A stretch of DNA of 63,496 nt, counting the filler, from Octopus bimaculoides (lineage: Eukaryota): assembly GCF_001194135.2 (NCBI RefSeq). It is 6 parts of 5 records of this genome, joined end to end, with 100 filler letters (N's around TTAATTAATTAA, not from the genome) between each part and the next. Parts side by side here need not be neighbours in the genome. Positions count along the whole stretch, not along the records: positions 36,921 to 45,258 come from NC_068984.1; positions 45,359 to 47,046 come from NC_068983.1; positions 47,147 to 63,496 come from NC_068992.1; 3 more parts are not named here. One strand, written 5' to 3'. A program made the translations under genes and the position numbers. The notes beneath the pieces were generated by a model. It was given only the letters and a program-made list of their open reading frames with translations, was not told the DNA's origin and did not search any database. Below, in pieces: positions 38,200 to 51,087 of this stretch; position 1 is the stretch's first letter, and each line of letters begins with the position of its first letter.

Positions 38200-40720
38200 G
38201 ATGATGATGATGATCGTAGATGCTTTATCTGTTGCAGAAATTGCAGTAGCAACTCAGAAGTTTCACCATTTTGTCCACAAATTCTGCACTTATCACTTTC
38301 TGATGTATTGTCTAATTTGTATTTGATGCAATTGGATTTTAATGCTTGCTCTTGAGCAGCACAGATTAGAGCTTCCGTTTCCGATTTTTAATCACATTTA
38401 GTCATCCATAGCCATCTTTTTTCTCTGTCTGTCTTATCTTCAACATCTCTATAAAATTGTTCATGCATTCTTTTCTTTATCTACCTATTTTCTGTTTCAT
38501 TTATTCTCAAGTCCTTGTACAGTGCTTTATCTTTGCAATCTTCCATCCTACACAAGCCTGCCCTTCCTACTTCCAATAATAGTGGTTCTGTAACATTTTT
38601 TACATACCATGCCATGCTGTTTTCTTCTGCTCTAAAGCTGTGTTCGCATCCAATCAGTCCTCTTCTCCCTCTTTTCTTGGTACATACAGTCTGTCTGTGT
38701 CACTTTTTGGGTGGAGTATCCCATGTCTAGTCAGCAACTTCCTTGTCTTTCTGCCTAAACTGTTTAGTTTGTCTACTGTCCATGCGATTACCCTTGCTCC
38801 ATATCTAAGTAGTGAAACCGCCCAAGTGTTGACAGCTTCGATCCTATTCCATCCGTTTAATTTCGACTTAACTATCAATCTCAGTCTGCGCAAGTACTCC
38901 ACCTTAAATTTTACTGTCATTTCTTTCTCAATCAATTTATCCATTTCCAATATCTCCATGTACTTATAGCCTGTCTTTTCTATCTGCTTCATAACTTCCC
39001 CCGACGGGGGATATTGCTATCCCGTCCATACATTTGATTTTGCCTCTCCTCAGGACTAACACACCACACTTTTTCAGTCCGAACTCCATTCTGATATCAG
39101 CAATGAAAGTATACAACGAGGGAACTGACTTGGGATTCACCTTTACCATAAATTTTGAGGTCATCCATGAATAACAAGTGGTCGACTTTTTGTTGGCGAC
39201 TTTTGAATACATACCCAGCCTTTGCTTTCCTCAGAATCAGTGTTAGTAGAATGATGCACAGTACAAAGATCAGTAGGGACAGGCAGATGCCTATCCTGAT
39301 TTCTGTTGTCCCTAAACTTCTATATGCTGTCAGTTCTGTCCCCTCCACTTCGCCGCCATACTTTTTCAAAGCAATCGCTCAACATTCGATGCAATACCAA
39401 ATAGGTTCAAACATTCCATAATCCAAGAATGTGGGATCATATCGTACGCCTTACGATCCATGACATGATTAAGTTAGTTTTCCTCCTCTTGCAGTCTCTA
39501 CGTACAGTTTTGTCTACCAAGAGTTGATCCTTGGTACCTCTGTACTTGGGACCCTTCTGCTCCTGTGGCAGACAAGACTCCATTTTTTTCCAGATGTCTG
39601 AACATTGGCCTGTAATTGTCTACCGTATTTCCTTTTTCGATGTTTTCCAAGCACAGCACTGTCCTACCCATTGTCAACCACTCTGGTGTTACTTGATCAG
39701 CATTTAATAAGGTGTTGAGTTGTGCAGTTATTCCAGCATGACATTCACCAAAACTTTTGATCCAGTAGCCTTGAACTCCATCTGGTCCTGGGGCCTCTAG
39801 TTGCCCATTTTATTTATTTATTTTTATTTCCTTCACTTCTCTAACTGAAATGACTAGTTCTGCCTGTTTGGGATAGACTATTGTTTGTTTCAGTTCTTAC
39901 AACCATTCAGCATCCTTCTTGTGCTCCTTGTCTTTGCTCCATATGTCACTCCAAAACCATTGACTTCCAATGTTATCTGGTATCAACTTTTCATCTCTAC
40001 ACTCTCCATTTATTTCTTTGTAGAATCTCTTCTGATCTTCTCTGAATAACCTATTCTGTTGGTATCCCTTCATTCTTTGGTCATATCTTACCATCTTTGC
40101 TTTCTTTGCAACGAGGCGCTGTTTCTGTTCCTCCATTACCACTTTTAGGCCGTTTCTTTCAATATCACCATTAGTTTTATTGTCTTCTTCCAAACCATCT
40201 ATATGTCTCTCATCGAGCAAGCTATCACTGTTCCTTTACTGTGGTTTATTAGAAATTTCACCTCTGTTTTCTCTGTGAGATTACTTTTATCAGTAGGAAC
40301 TGTATTTTCATCGTTTCCTCTGCTACTCTTTTCCAATACCCGTCTTTTGATAGCTTCGAGCTCTACGTCTGTGTACCAACGATTTTTTTCTTATTGCTCT
40401 AGCTTGATCACATAATCTCTTTTCCGTGAATTGAAACAATCCTCTTTCTCTCTATTGATCATACATACGTTGCCGGTATCCACTAAGGTGAACACCATTT
40501 TCGTCTACGGGGTTGCTCAGTTAGTAGTTTTCCATGACCACAGCGTTGACTTGTTTGTTCCAGCTACGACGTGTGTGCTTGTCCCTTGCTGATAACGATA
40601 GGCTAGATTTGGACAATATCTCTGAGTCTGTCGGGTGCAACACTGTTATCATCACGAGCTTCAGTTTCATTACCACCGTTATTCACAATATTTTATTCTT
40701 TTCATTGTCACTTATATGAG
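38200..40720 (-). mobile_element. Long decayed R4/Dong-clade LINE (N-terminal region, RT, post-RT)
   Basis: RLCDQARAIRKN, YQQNRLF, RKAYDMIPHSW, HLLFMDDLKIYGK and LHPKSDTDRLY over several broken frames. Confidence 0.9.
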
Positions 40721-40773
40721 ATAGCGATTATCAGGTTGCGCAATTACCAGTGTTTTTATTGTGACACCTTCAC

Positions 40774-40854
<81 letters not shown>

Positions 40855-40877
40855 CATCATCATTATTATTATTATTA

Positions 40878-40987
40878 TTCAGTAGTTTTATTTTTATAAC
40901 GTGCTTTCACTTCACTACCGAGCGCAGCTCTGTGCGCCTTGGGTATGTGCTGTGGTTTGCTGTGGTGCTCTTATGTTTACTGTATTG
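40878..40987 (-). mobile_element. Dong-type LINE 3' UTR
   Basis: Reverse complement of 25521-25632; (TAA)n tail; cut by an N gap. Confidence 0.85.
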
Positions 40988-41608
40988 NNNNNNNNNNNNN
41001 NNNNNNNNNNNNNNNNNNNNNNNNNNNNNNNNNNNNNNNNNNNNNNNNNNNNNNNNNNNNNNNNNNNNNNNNNNNNNNNNNNNNNNNNNNNNNNNNNNNN
41101 NNNNNNNNNNNNNNNNNNNNNNNNNNNNNNNNNNNNNNNNNNNNNNNNNNNNNNNNNNNNNNNNNNNNNNNNNNNNNNNNNNNNNNNNNNNNNNNNNNNN
41201 NNNNNNNNNNNNNNNNNNNNNNNNNNNNNNNNNNNNNNNNNNNNNNNNNNNNNNNNNNNNNNNNNNNNNNNNNNNNNNNNNNNNNNNNNNNNNNNNNNNN
41301 NNNNNNNNNNNNNNNNNNNNNNNNNNNNNNNNNNNNNNNNNNNNNNNNNNNNNNNNNNNNNNNNNNNNNNNNNNNNNNNNNNNNNNNNNNNNNNNNNNNN
41401 NNNNNNNNNNNNNNNNNNNNNNNNNNNNNNNNNNNNNNNNNNNNNNNNNNNNNNNNNNNNNNNNNNNNNNNNNNNNNNNNNNNNNNNNNNNNNNNNNNNN
41501 NNNNNNNNNNNNNNNNNNNNNNNNNNNNNNNNNNNNNNNNNNNNNNNNNNNNNNNNNNNNNNNNNNNNNNNNNNNNNNNNNNNNNNNNNNNNNNNNNNNN
41601 NNNNNNNN

Positions 41609-41659
<51 letters not shown>

Positions 41660-41862
41660 CCTTTCTACTATAGGCTAGCAGTTTCGGGAAGGGAGCTTGT
41701 CGATTATATTGACCCCAGTGTTGTTTGGGCTGATACTTAATTTATCGACTCCGAAAGGATGAAAGGCAAAGTTGACCTCGGCAGAATTTGAACTCAGAAC
41801 GTAAAAATGGACGAAACAGCGTTAAGCGTTAAGCATCGTGCTAACGATTTTGCCAGGTCTCC
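41660..41862 (-). mobile_element. SINE family C
   Basis: Homologous to the other family C copies; adjacent to (ATT)n. Confidence 0.85.
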
Positions 41863-41930
41863 TTTTTGGCGATAACACTAGTGAAGATAGTGATGATGAT
41901 GATGATGATGATGATCCTCGAAATGCATTT

Positions 41931-42000
<70 letters not shown>

Positions 42001-42530
42001 ACCCACGCACACACACACACATACATACATACATACATACATACATACATACATACACACAGACATAGATACAGACACACGCGCGCATACACTTTTGATT
42101 CCTGCCAGCTATAGTTATTTCATTCCAGCTTTTTCTGTCTCGCGTCCTGGGGTAAATTACAAATGTACAACTTTTATTTTCCTTTCTGACGTTAATAACT
42201 ACTCAGTTAATCATTATTTCATACTTAATTAATTTTAATTAGTAAAAATTTTCTTGGTTTACTACATCAAGTACGCTAGCATCCACTTTATTTATTATGG
42301 ATGCATCAAGTAGATATTCATAAAGTGAATGCAGTATACGAAATATTCGTAATGAATTGATATTTACTTCTTAGTTGCAGAAAGAAGACAAAATCCTAGA
42401 AGGAATCCGTTAGGATTCACAGAGAAAAGGTTAAAATAATCTCAGGAATTTAAGAATTATTTTTTAATCAAGTATTTATCCTGCTTAAAGGAAAATCTTT
42501 TCATTGCTTGCGGAGATTGTGAAAGCAAGC

Positions 42531-42562
42531 GACGATGTTTCAGTCTTCTTCGACTTCGTCAG
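42531..42562 (-). ncRNA. Hammerhead core with canonical sequence but no stem I
   Basis: CTGACGA-AGTC gaagaa GACT-GAAA-C atc GT-C (GUC triplet); flanks do not pair. Confidence 0.45.
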
Positions 42563-43634
42563 TTAGTGAAGTATTATCAACATGAGTCTGCTTAATTAGT
42601 AAACAGAAGCTTTTGCATGTAGAAAAAGGGTTACGAAAACTTTTGCCAAGCAAAATTGAGCCAAGGGAAATAATCCAAAATAGTCAAAGGTATGGATTGA
42701 AATATTGAGATAAACCAAATATTTGATTTGTCGGTGTATAAGACGCATCTTGTTTTGTTTTTAAATGTACAGAAAAATTGGCTTACGTCTAATGCGGCGG
42801 TATTACGGATGGGAGATAGGGTGTTGTAGGTATCTGGGTAAGCATAAGACTTCTAAGCACAATAATTGTTACTAATAATAAGATATTGGAAACAAACCAA
42901 ATTACCGCAGACTACTAGCACAAAAGTTACGAGAAATTGCTTACGGTTGGTCGGCAGTGACGTGGGGCAGGGATCACATCATCTCATTGTACCTCCTTCC
43001 CAGTATACATAACCCACAGCCGATATGTGCCTTACATTATTCAATGAATGCCTTACTTTTAAGAACCATTTTAATATGATAAATGAAATATTCTCTTAAA
43101 ACATTTGAAAGGAGTATTAATTTTCATCCGCCTGTCAGTTATTTGCCATAGTGGATGACAACAAAACCATCGCAGTGGCACGCTACCCTAGCAGCTAATA
43201 GAAGTTACATAAAACACCATAGCCAGATGTACAAACTTTACATCCGATACGGTAATTCTCTTGACTTAAGTATAAACAACTATGCCGTAGATCGAAAAAA
43301 CAAGCTAAAGTTGAAATACCGTACTACAATAACGTAGATTATTTATGCTAAATTCCTGATTTCCAACTTATTTCCAATATGCTGTCACAACATTGTATTT
43401 GCATGAACAGAATGAGACATATTTTCTTTTAAAAATCACATTAAAATTACCATTCAATAAGCGTATGATGAGACATAACAAATTTTTTCCATATAAATTA
43501 ACAAGTAAAATAGAAGTGGGCTCTATGTGAGAGGAACGTCTTGTGCGCCGGCAAATACGTCAAATACTGATGTGCGAAATTACGAACCTAAAAATATAGA
43601 TGTGAAATATTGATTACCAAAATATATAAATAGA

Positions 43635-43740
43635 TACGGTGTGGGGTCAAAAAGTTCGCTTTGCGTCTACATGATTTCTGGTTTGATCTCACTGCGCATT
43701 ACATTAGGTAAGTGTTTTCCACTATAGTTTCGAGGTGAAT
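43635..43740 (+). mobile_element. Old SINE family A head
   Basis: Degenerate GGTTTGATCTCACTGCG...GTAAGTGTTTTCCACTATAG. Confidence 0.55.
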
Positions 43741-43781
43741 ATATATATAATTTGTGACAATTAGTTGGTTGTCATAATAAA

Positions 43782-43842
43782 AATAATTGATGAGATGCCA
43801 GAGCAGACTTCAACCCCGGCATCCGAAACTCTAAGTTTTATT
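43782..43842 (+). ncRNA. Hammerhead-ribozyme-like motif (C3U) at the apex of a long hairpin
   Basis: AATAA-TTGATGA-GATGCC...GGCATC-C-GAAA-CT cta AGT-T-TTATT; flanks 43753-43780 and 43838-43865 are complementary. Confidence 0.55.
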
Positions 43843-43939
43843 ATAACAACTAACTAATTGTCACATATTATATTTATAGACAAATTCCTCTATTTACATA
43901 GTATCGAAGTCTCATTCATTCATTTGTTGTCATATTTTT

Positions 43940-44019
<80 letters not shown>

Positions 44020-44074
44020 TATGTATGTATGTATGTATGTAAGTATTATGTATATATATTAGCAACACCTATAC

Positions 44075-44392
44075 TGATATAAAAAATGGAGACTTGTTCA
44101 TCCTCAAAATTTATTTCTTTTTATTTTACAATTTCATACAGCAATTTTTTACGGCTTACATGTGTTTCCACTGCACAGAGTACGGGCAGTTGCACATGCA
44201 ACCGGACATAATTTTCTGTCCAGTTTCGTTCAGGGATTCAGAAAGTTCATGCCCGGTTGCATGTGCAACTTCGCGTATTCTGTGGAGTGGAAACACGTGT
44301 ATGGCGTAATAACCATAAAAATATGCTGTATGAAATTATAGAATAAAAGGAAATAAATTTTGAGGATGAGCAAGTCTCTATATTTTATATCA
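44075..44392. repeat. MITE-like fold-back, ~130-bp imperfect arms
   Basis: TGATATAAAA..GAGACTTGTTCATCCTCAAAATTTATTTC... pairs with the reverse-complement arm ending TTTTATATCA; mirrored peptides appear in the ORF track. Confidence 0.85.
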
Positions 44393-44619
44393 CTATAACT
44401 ATCGCTAATATACGTTCCAGATGATATTACCATCCTGAAGAGCGAAAACGAAATTACCCATCGGAGGAATTTACAGCGTGAGTGACAACTCATAGTAGTC
44501 ACAGACGTTAAATTCTAATCGATGCGGTTAGCCGTAACCTGGAACATAACTGAGAGTCACCACGGTATCCGCCCGAATAATATATCCCTCCAAAAAATCA
44601 CATTGTGTATATATATATA

Positions 44620-45200
44620 AACTATTGCTCCTTACTATAGTCACCACACAGTGTAAAATTAATTGGGGAATTCGAAGCAGTCCAGCAAAACTATGCGAAG
44701 AAGATAACCTCATTGCAGAAAATTAGCTACTGAGAAAGACTCAAGAGTTTAAGACTTTATCTTCCTGGAACAAAGACGTAAGGATATGCTGCAGTATACC
44801 TCTGGCTGATCCTAGGACTTGTTCGAAACATTAGCGTTCAAAGCTATACTAACGCCAGAAGAGGGCATCATTGCATAGTGCCAAAAGTCTCTCCCCTGTG
44901 GTCAAGATATCGAACCAGATACTGCAATAACTTAGGATACAAGATTACATAGCTCTTCGATATCATCCCGAAGGAGTTCAGAGACTTATATTGTGTGGAT
45001 GTAGATGTCTTCAAAAGTAAACTGGATTTCCTGCTCTCAAGAGTCTCAGACGAGCCAACGTCTTGGTAGAAAGCGAGAATGAGGACATCAGCATCAAACT
45101 CCCTAATTTACCAAATACAAAACACTAAAGGAGGATTGATGATTGTGTAGCAACACCATTTGGCGGTGGCACATCCTTTGAGCTGAGACTAGAAAGACTA
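44620..45200 (+). mobile_element. CR1/L2-clade LINE 3' fragment
   Basis: Degenerate SPHSVKLIGEFEAVQQNYAKKITSLQKISY.ERLKSLRLY...FKSKLDFLLSRVSDEP. Confidence 0.75.
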
Positions 45201-45216
45201 TGTTGGAAGCATAATG

Positions 45217-45258
<42 letters not shown>

Positions 45259-45302
45259 NNNNNNNNNNNNNNNNNNNNNNNNNNNNNNNNNNNNNNNNNN
45301 NN

Positions 45303-45314
45303 TTAATTAATTAA
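45303..45314. other. Artificial gap linker TTAATTAATTAA
   Basis: Same 12-mer centred in an N gap. Confidence 0.95.
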
Positions 45315-45458
45315 NNNNNNNNNNNNNNNNNNNNNNNNNNNNNNNNNNNNNNNNNNNNTATATATATATTTGCATGTGTGCATGTGTGTGCATATATATG
45401 TACATGTGTGTGTGGTTATGTATCAAACAGACCAACAGATAGACAGATGGATGGAAAA

Positions 45459-45490
<32 letters not shown>

Positions 45491-45928
45491 CAGATAGACA
45501 GACAGACAGATAGATAGATAGATAGATAAAATGCGAAACAGAAACTTGACGCGGATCAAAGATATGATTGTGACAGAGAGAAATGCTATCTTTCGGTAAA
45601 ATTCTACAAAAGAGATTTTATGAAGATTATAGAAGCTTTCTTTTGGAGTTTACCTTGTTTGGCCAATGGATTTAGTAGACCTCCATATTGTCTTTACTGA
45701 AGATGATAAGCTGTCAGGAGTGGACGTCTTTCTCTACGTTTGTTGGTCGTCCTTTTCATTGGTTCTGGCGACACACAAACTACTATCCACTGCATTAGAT
45801 AGGATTAAAGACTAAACGGAATAAACAAAACAAAAAAAATGCAGAGTATGATCCCACGTGCGCGCACACACACATGCGTACATAGGAGCAATATGTGTGT
45901 ATGTACATAAATATATACCATACGTATA

Positions 45929-45966
<38 letters not shown>

Positions 45967-46059
45967 TATACATATACACACGACACATAATTCATATATA
46001 TATACACTTTTATTTCCATTGTCATTATATATCCGATTTTTTCAGTCTCTCTATCAATC

Positions 46060-46090
46060 TATGTATTTATCTATCTATCTATCTACCTAC

Positions 46091-46125
<35 letters not shown>

Positions 46126-46200
46126 CCTACCTACCTACCTATCTACCTATCTATCTATCTATCTATTTATCTATCTATCTATCAATTTATCTATGTATCA
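46060..46200. repeat. (CTAT)n/(CTAC)n tetranucleotide microsatellite
   Basis: Direct inspection. Confidence 0.95.
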
Positions 46201-46792
46201 ATTTGTTTGTATATATACGTGTGCTGGTGTCTCTCTGTGTATGCGCATGCGTCCATGTATTTGTGTGTCTGTATAAGTATGCATTTATATTTAAACATGA
46301 ACCTTCGAGATTTATCTTCTGTTATTAAAATGTACATACAATATATATTGAAGGCTGCAGAGCACTATTTTCTTTTTTTACTGTCCAGCTGTAGGGAACA
46401 TTAATGTGACCTAATTCACTTATGACATTATTAGGGTCTCTTAGAACGTCTATATGCACGACATCTTTAGAACCCCATATACAGAAACAGACACAAAAAT
46501 ATGCATATACCCAAACACACTTGCACACACTCAGAGACATATGCACAATACACACACGCGCACACACACACATACATACACACACACACACACACATGTG
46601 TGTATACATATATATAAATGCCACCAAGCGATTGGTCTACCCTCTACTGGAAGTAGAGATACTTTCAATTAATCAGCAATTTTTCTTGTGTGTTATTTGA
46701 TATATGTTTTTTCGTCTCTTATGTCAACATTCCACCTGGCATTAGCCATTCTCAGTAATTTCTCTAAGATCATTTTCATATATATATATATA

Positions 46793-46843
<51 letters not shown>

Positions 46844-46846
46844 CTC

Positions 46847-46879
<33 letters not shown>

Positions 46880-47001
46880 ATATATTATATATATATATAT
46901 ATGTATATGTATATATGTATATATATGTGTATATATATATATGTAGGTATGTATATGTATATATGTATATATATGTATGTATATATATATGTATACATGT
47001 G

Positions 47002-47046
<45 letters not shown>

Positions 47047-47090
47047 NNNNNNNNNNNNNNNNNNNNNNNNNNNNNNNNNNNNNNNNNNNN

Positions 47091-47102
47091 TTAATTAATT
47101 AA
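47091..47102. other. Artificial gap linker TTAATTAATTAA
   Basis: Same 12-mer centred in an N gap. Confidence 0.95.
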
Positions 47103-47146
47103 NNNNNNNNNNNNNNNNNNNNNNNNNNNNNNNNNNNNNNNNNNNN

Positions 47147-47206
47147 CACACAGAGCTGCGCTCGGTAGTGAAGTGAAAGCACGTTATAAAAATAAAACTA
47201 CTGAAC
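47147..47206 (+). mobile_element. Dong-type LINE 3' UTR end
   Basis: CACACAGAGCTGCGCTCGGTAGTGAAGTGAAAGCACG...ACTACTGAAC(AAT)n. Confidence 0.85.
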
Positions 47207-47219
47207 AATAATAATAATG

Positions 47220-47296
<77 letters not shown>

Positions 47297-47999
47297 TTGT
47301 TTACATCCTAAAAATCTTCAGCCGAAATCATACAGTCACATTTAAAACAGTAAGCTAGATTTTCCAAACGCTTCTCCTTCGTCCTTTGCTTAAAACTTAA
47401 ATTTCTAAAACGTATATTCTGTTCAGTCATACGGTTGTATGGAAATCAGTTCTCTGAAACACCTAGATTACTACCAACCTGAACTTATTGTTAAAAGCAC
47501 ATGTTTTCATCTCCCCCACTCTCTCTCTCTCTCTCTCTCGCTCCTTCTCTCTCTGTCCAGCTGGGTTTTTTACCGCCACTCTCTCAACGTCTCTCTCAGT
47601 AAGGAGATCTGGAACAGGCATCTTTTTGCGACGGTGATGCGCCTAAACTAACCACCACTCGACCATCTTCCCTGATATCCAACATCTACCTCACTTTCAC
47701 TTTTACAACCACTCCTAAGCAGTCATACTCTTTGTCTCTCTCGATCTGAATGGATTACATTAAACTTGCTGTGTTAAATGACGTCCTCCCCTCTCTAGTT
47801 GATCTTCCTTTCATTTGCCTTTTATTTATTTTTGTCTCTCTCTTTCCCTGACTCTGTATCTCTCTAATTCTCTTCTTTACATTCTGTTTTTTTTTCTGTC
47901 AATGCCGGGGAGATGAGGAGAGATGAGAGCTTATCACCTATAACATGCTCCAATAAACTTCCCCAGACAGTCAAGTCCGACTCCTTCCTCAAACTAACA

Positions 48000-50900
48000 G
48001 AAGCGTGGGAAAAAGCGAGTATATAGCGGTTTCAAATAGCCAGTGCTCCGAGTAAGCTATACTAGTTATCCTTGGATGGTAAGCAACCTGGGCGAAGGAT
48101 CAGTCTGAGTTCAAAACCAGAGGAGCAAAGTCCCATCGCCTTGGCAGACTACCTTGATAATTATGGTGTCTTGATAAAAAATACCGGTTGGTATAAACCT
48201 AAAATCACACCTAATATGTGAGTGAAAATTACAAGCAAAATAGATGACAATAACGGTGCGAACGGGACTAGAACAAATGGTAAAGTTACCGCACCCAGAG
48301 GGTGCTCCACTGTACAACAGGGTTGGACGGTCATAATGCAGCCACTGCTAGTCATGCAACAAAACTTAAGTGGAGGGAACAAGTAAACATGGTTATGGAG
48401 TATTACTACCGGAGCACACCAATGAATGCGAATGGCGTGCCTGTCAGAGGGTACAAAAAACGTATGCACAGTGAATGGAAGGCAATGGATCTGTTTGAAA
48501 TTACTGAACAGATGTTATGTGACCAAGTTAGAGTAATACGAAAGAATGGGTAATTAACAGAATTGGAGTTAGAAGCTATTAAAAGAAGGATATTGGGTGA
48601 TGTTGGGCAGGCGAGAAACGAAAGTTGTATAGGTTAGGAGATGGACAATAGTTCGCAAGAATATACTACCGTGAATTGGGAAAGAATTCAGATCAGGGAT
48701 TAACCATTGGGGACTAAATCAAGAGAGGATTAAAGTCAATAATGTATTGAGATATATTGTAACGAAGAAACTTCATAGAAACAAATAATCATATCAAGGC
48801 TGTAGAAAGATTGTAGCGGAAATAATGGGATCGAAAATTATTGAGAGCAGAACAGCGGCGGATACAAGAGGAAATAAGCAACGATGGTAGAAAATGAGAA
48901 TTTCAGATGTAAACTTCTTGAACAGTGTAGTGTCTATACTTGTCAAGTAAAGAAATGGGAAACTTAAGAACGAATGGAAATTTGAAAAAGTAAGAAAGAG
49001 GTATGGTGCAGATACAAAAGGCTGTTGTAATTGAAGAACTGAAGCAGCGCCTACTTGCAATAGAAGCAAAGCTATCTAGGTTTGAACAACGGATTAAGCA
49101 ATGCCGTTGAAATAAATTACTTAGAACCGATCGAAAACTATTTTATCAAGAACGTAATAATGATAAAAAAAAAGAAGAAAGCCTGAAAGATTAGTCCCTC
49201 ATTCTGATGAAAGTCGACTTTTTTGCGGTAAGATATGGAGTAAGCAAGAACAACATAAAACTGCAGCTGAATGGCTCTGCAGCCTGAGGCAACAACTTAT
49301 TATCTACAGCAAGAGCTATCATCATCACAGAAGACAGTATCAGAAATATGAGTAAAAAGATAAATAATTGGAAAGCAGCAGGTCCTGACGGTTAACAGGG
49401 ATTTTGGATAAAAAAAAAAATTCATTAGTTGCTATAAATTGATCGCAGAGTTATTTAATGCATTCATCAATGGTGCTGACAATTACAGAGAATGCATACC
49501 AAGACCAGGAAAATATTGACAGTGCACGGAGCCTAAGAGTGATATCGATAAGCTGTACTTGTCCAGAAGAAAGTGTGGAAGAGGTTTGATCAGCTGCCAG
49601 GACTGTATGGAAGCAGAGGAAACAGTCTAGGGTGGTATATTAAAAATGCCATGGAGCAATTGTTGAAACATATTAACAAGTCCGGCATCATCGAAACTGA
49701 CATTTGTGTGATGGAAGAAAACCTTAATCAAGAAATGAACACCAAAAACAAAACATCGAAAGGAAAACATGTACGGTCAGTTTGCAAAGAGATATGAACG
49801 TCCAGATCGATACAGAGAACAGGTGGTTATTGACGAGGAGGATTGACCTGAAGATGGAGACAGAAGCACATCTAGCGGTAGCTAATTAGTTTAATGATAT
49901 CCCTTGCAAAAAAGCATATAGAGTAACCTCCCTTTCTAAGCTTCTTGAAGCAGCTGGGTCATGAGACGTGGTTCTTAATTATTGAAGAGCCTAGCGTTTC
50001 TCTTGGAAGTCTCTAATGTTCCATTAATAAAAACAGCTTGCTAACTCTGCTTTTCGCTTCTTAGTCGATTAGAAGTAGAGCCATTCACGATAATGCTATG
50101 TTCGTCTATTTCTCTAGGCCAGATGACTGAAAACCACCACTTAGCTGTTATTTCTATGTTTCCTATCTCTGAACTTTCTTGGAGAGATTACTTCATTCAA
50201 CAAGATTCTACATTTTGATTATGTATCATCATCGACCAGGAAATAAAATATATTTTTATGTAGTAAATATATAGTTCTTGTAGTAAATATATAGTTCTTG
50301 AATTTATTCTGCAACTCTATTTGAACTATTGTAATAATATACACTCAGACACATCAACACCTGGTACTGACTATTTATAACCACTACACAAACATATATG
50401 CAACTCAAGATCAAGCGTTATGACCAACTATGTGAAGTGCAGAATAGACAACACTACTGAGAGCGACAAACGCAGAATGTGTGGTGAAAGGGGTGAAATG
50501 GTATGGCACATCGTCAGCGAATGCAAAAACTTGTGAGACGCTATGTTGAAGTGTGATCACCTGATCAGACTTCGGACAACGAGCATTCTTGCGTTGAATA
50601 AAAATGAAAGAAACTGCATGATATTCGACACAGCATATCTCGCTGACAACAGTATCAACGTGAAAGAAGAAGAAGAAGAAGAAGAAGAAGAAGAAGAAGA
50701 AGAAGAAGAAGAAGAAGAAGAAGAAGAAGAAGAAGAAGAAGAAGAAGAAATCAACAACTATAACGATTTGAAGTGAGAAATATGAATAGTGTGGTCAATG
50801 AGGAGAGTAGACGTGATACCAATAGTTATTGGTGCACTTGGAAATATCACCTACCAATATGACTAAAAACTACTGGTGAAAGTGTGAAGATATAACACCT

Positions 50901-51048
50901 ATAAAAATCAGCATTTCTTGGAACTGCAAGGATTCTTAACAGGGTCCTTGAAACATGACCAGTTAACAAGTGTCAGCTTAGACTGCTGTCTGTGGACAGC
51001 TGACACTTTCCATCATACGCAGCAAAACATGCTGTGAATTTTCATCAC
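48000..51048 (+). mobile_element. Decayed, internally deleted R4-clade LINE with 5' region and RLE end
   Basis: QMLCDQVRVIRKN (cf. 38200-40720), CRMCGERGE zinc knuckle, VIGALG and FLGTARIL; internal (GAA)n; (TAA)n tail. Confidence 0.8.
50662..50750. repeat. (GAA)n microsatellite inside a LINE
   Basis: Direct inspection; explains the poly-E and poly-S ORFs. Confidence 0.97.
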
Positions 51049-51086
<38 letters not shown>

Positions 51087-51087
51087 T

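Noticed and set aside
44435-44465. CTGAAGAGCGAAAACGAAA hammerhead-like string
   Set aside because: Stem II is only 1 bp and stem I only 2 bp; too weak.
46350-46480. Protein-like minus frame SKDVVHIDVLRDPNNVISELGHINVPYSWT
   Set aside because: Weak splice sites, no homology recognised, no compatible neighbouring exon.
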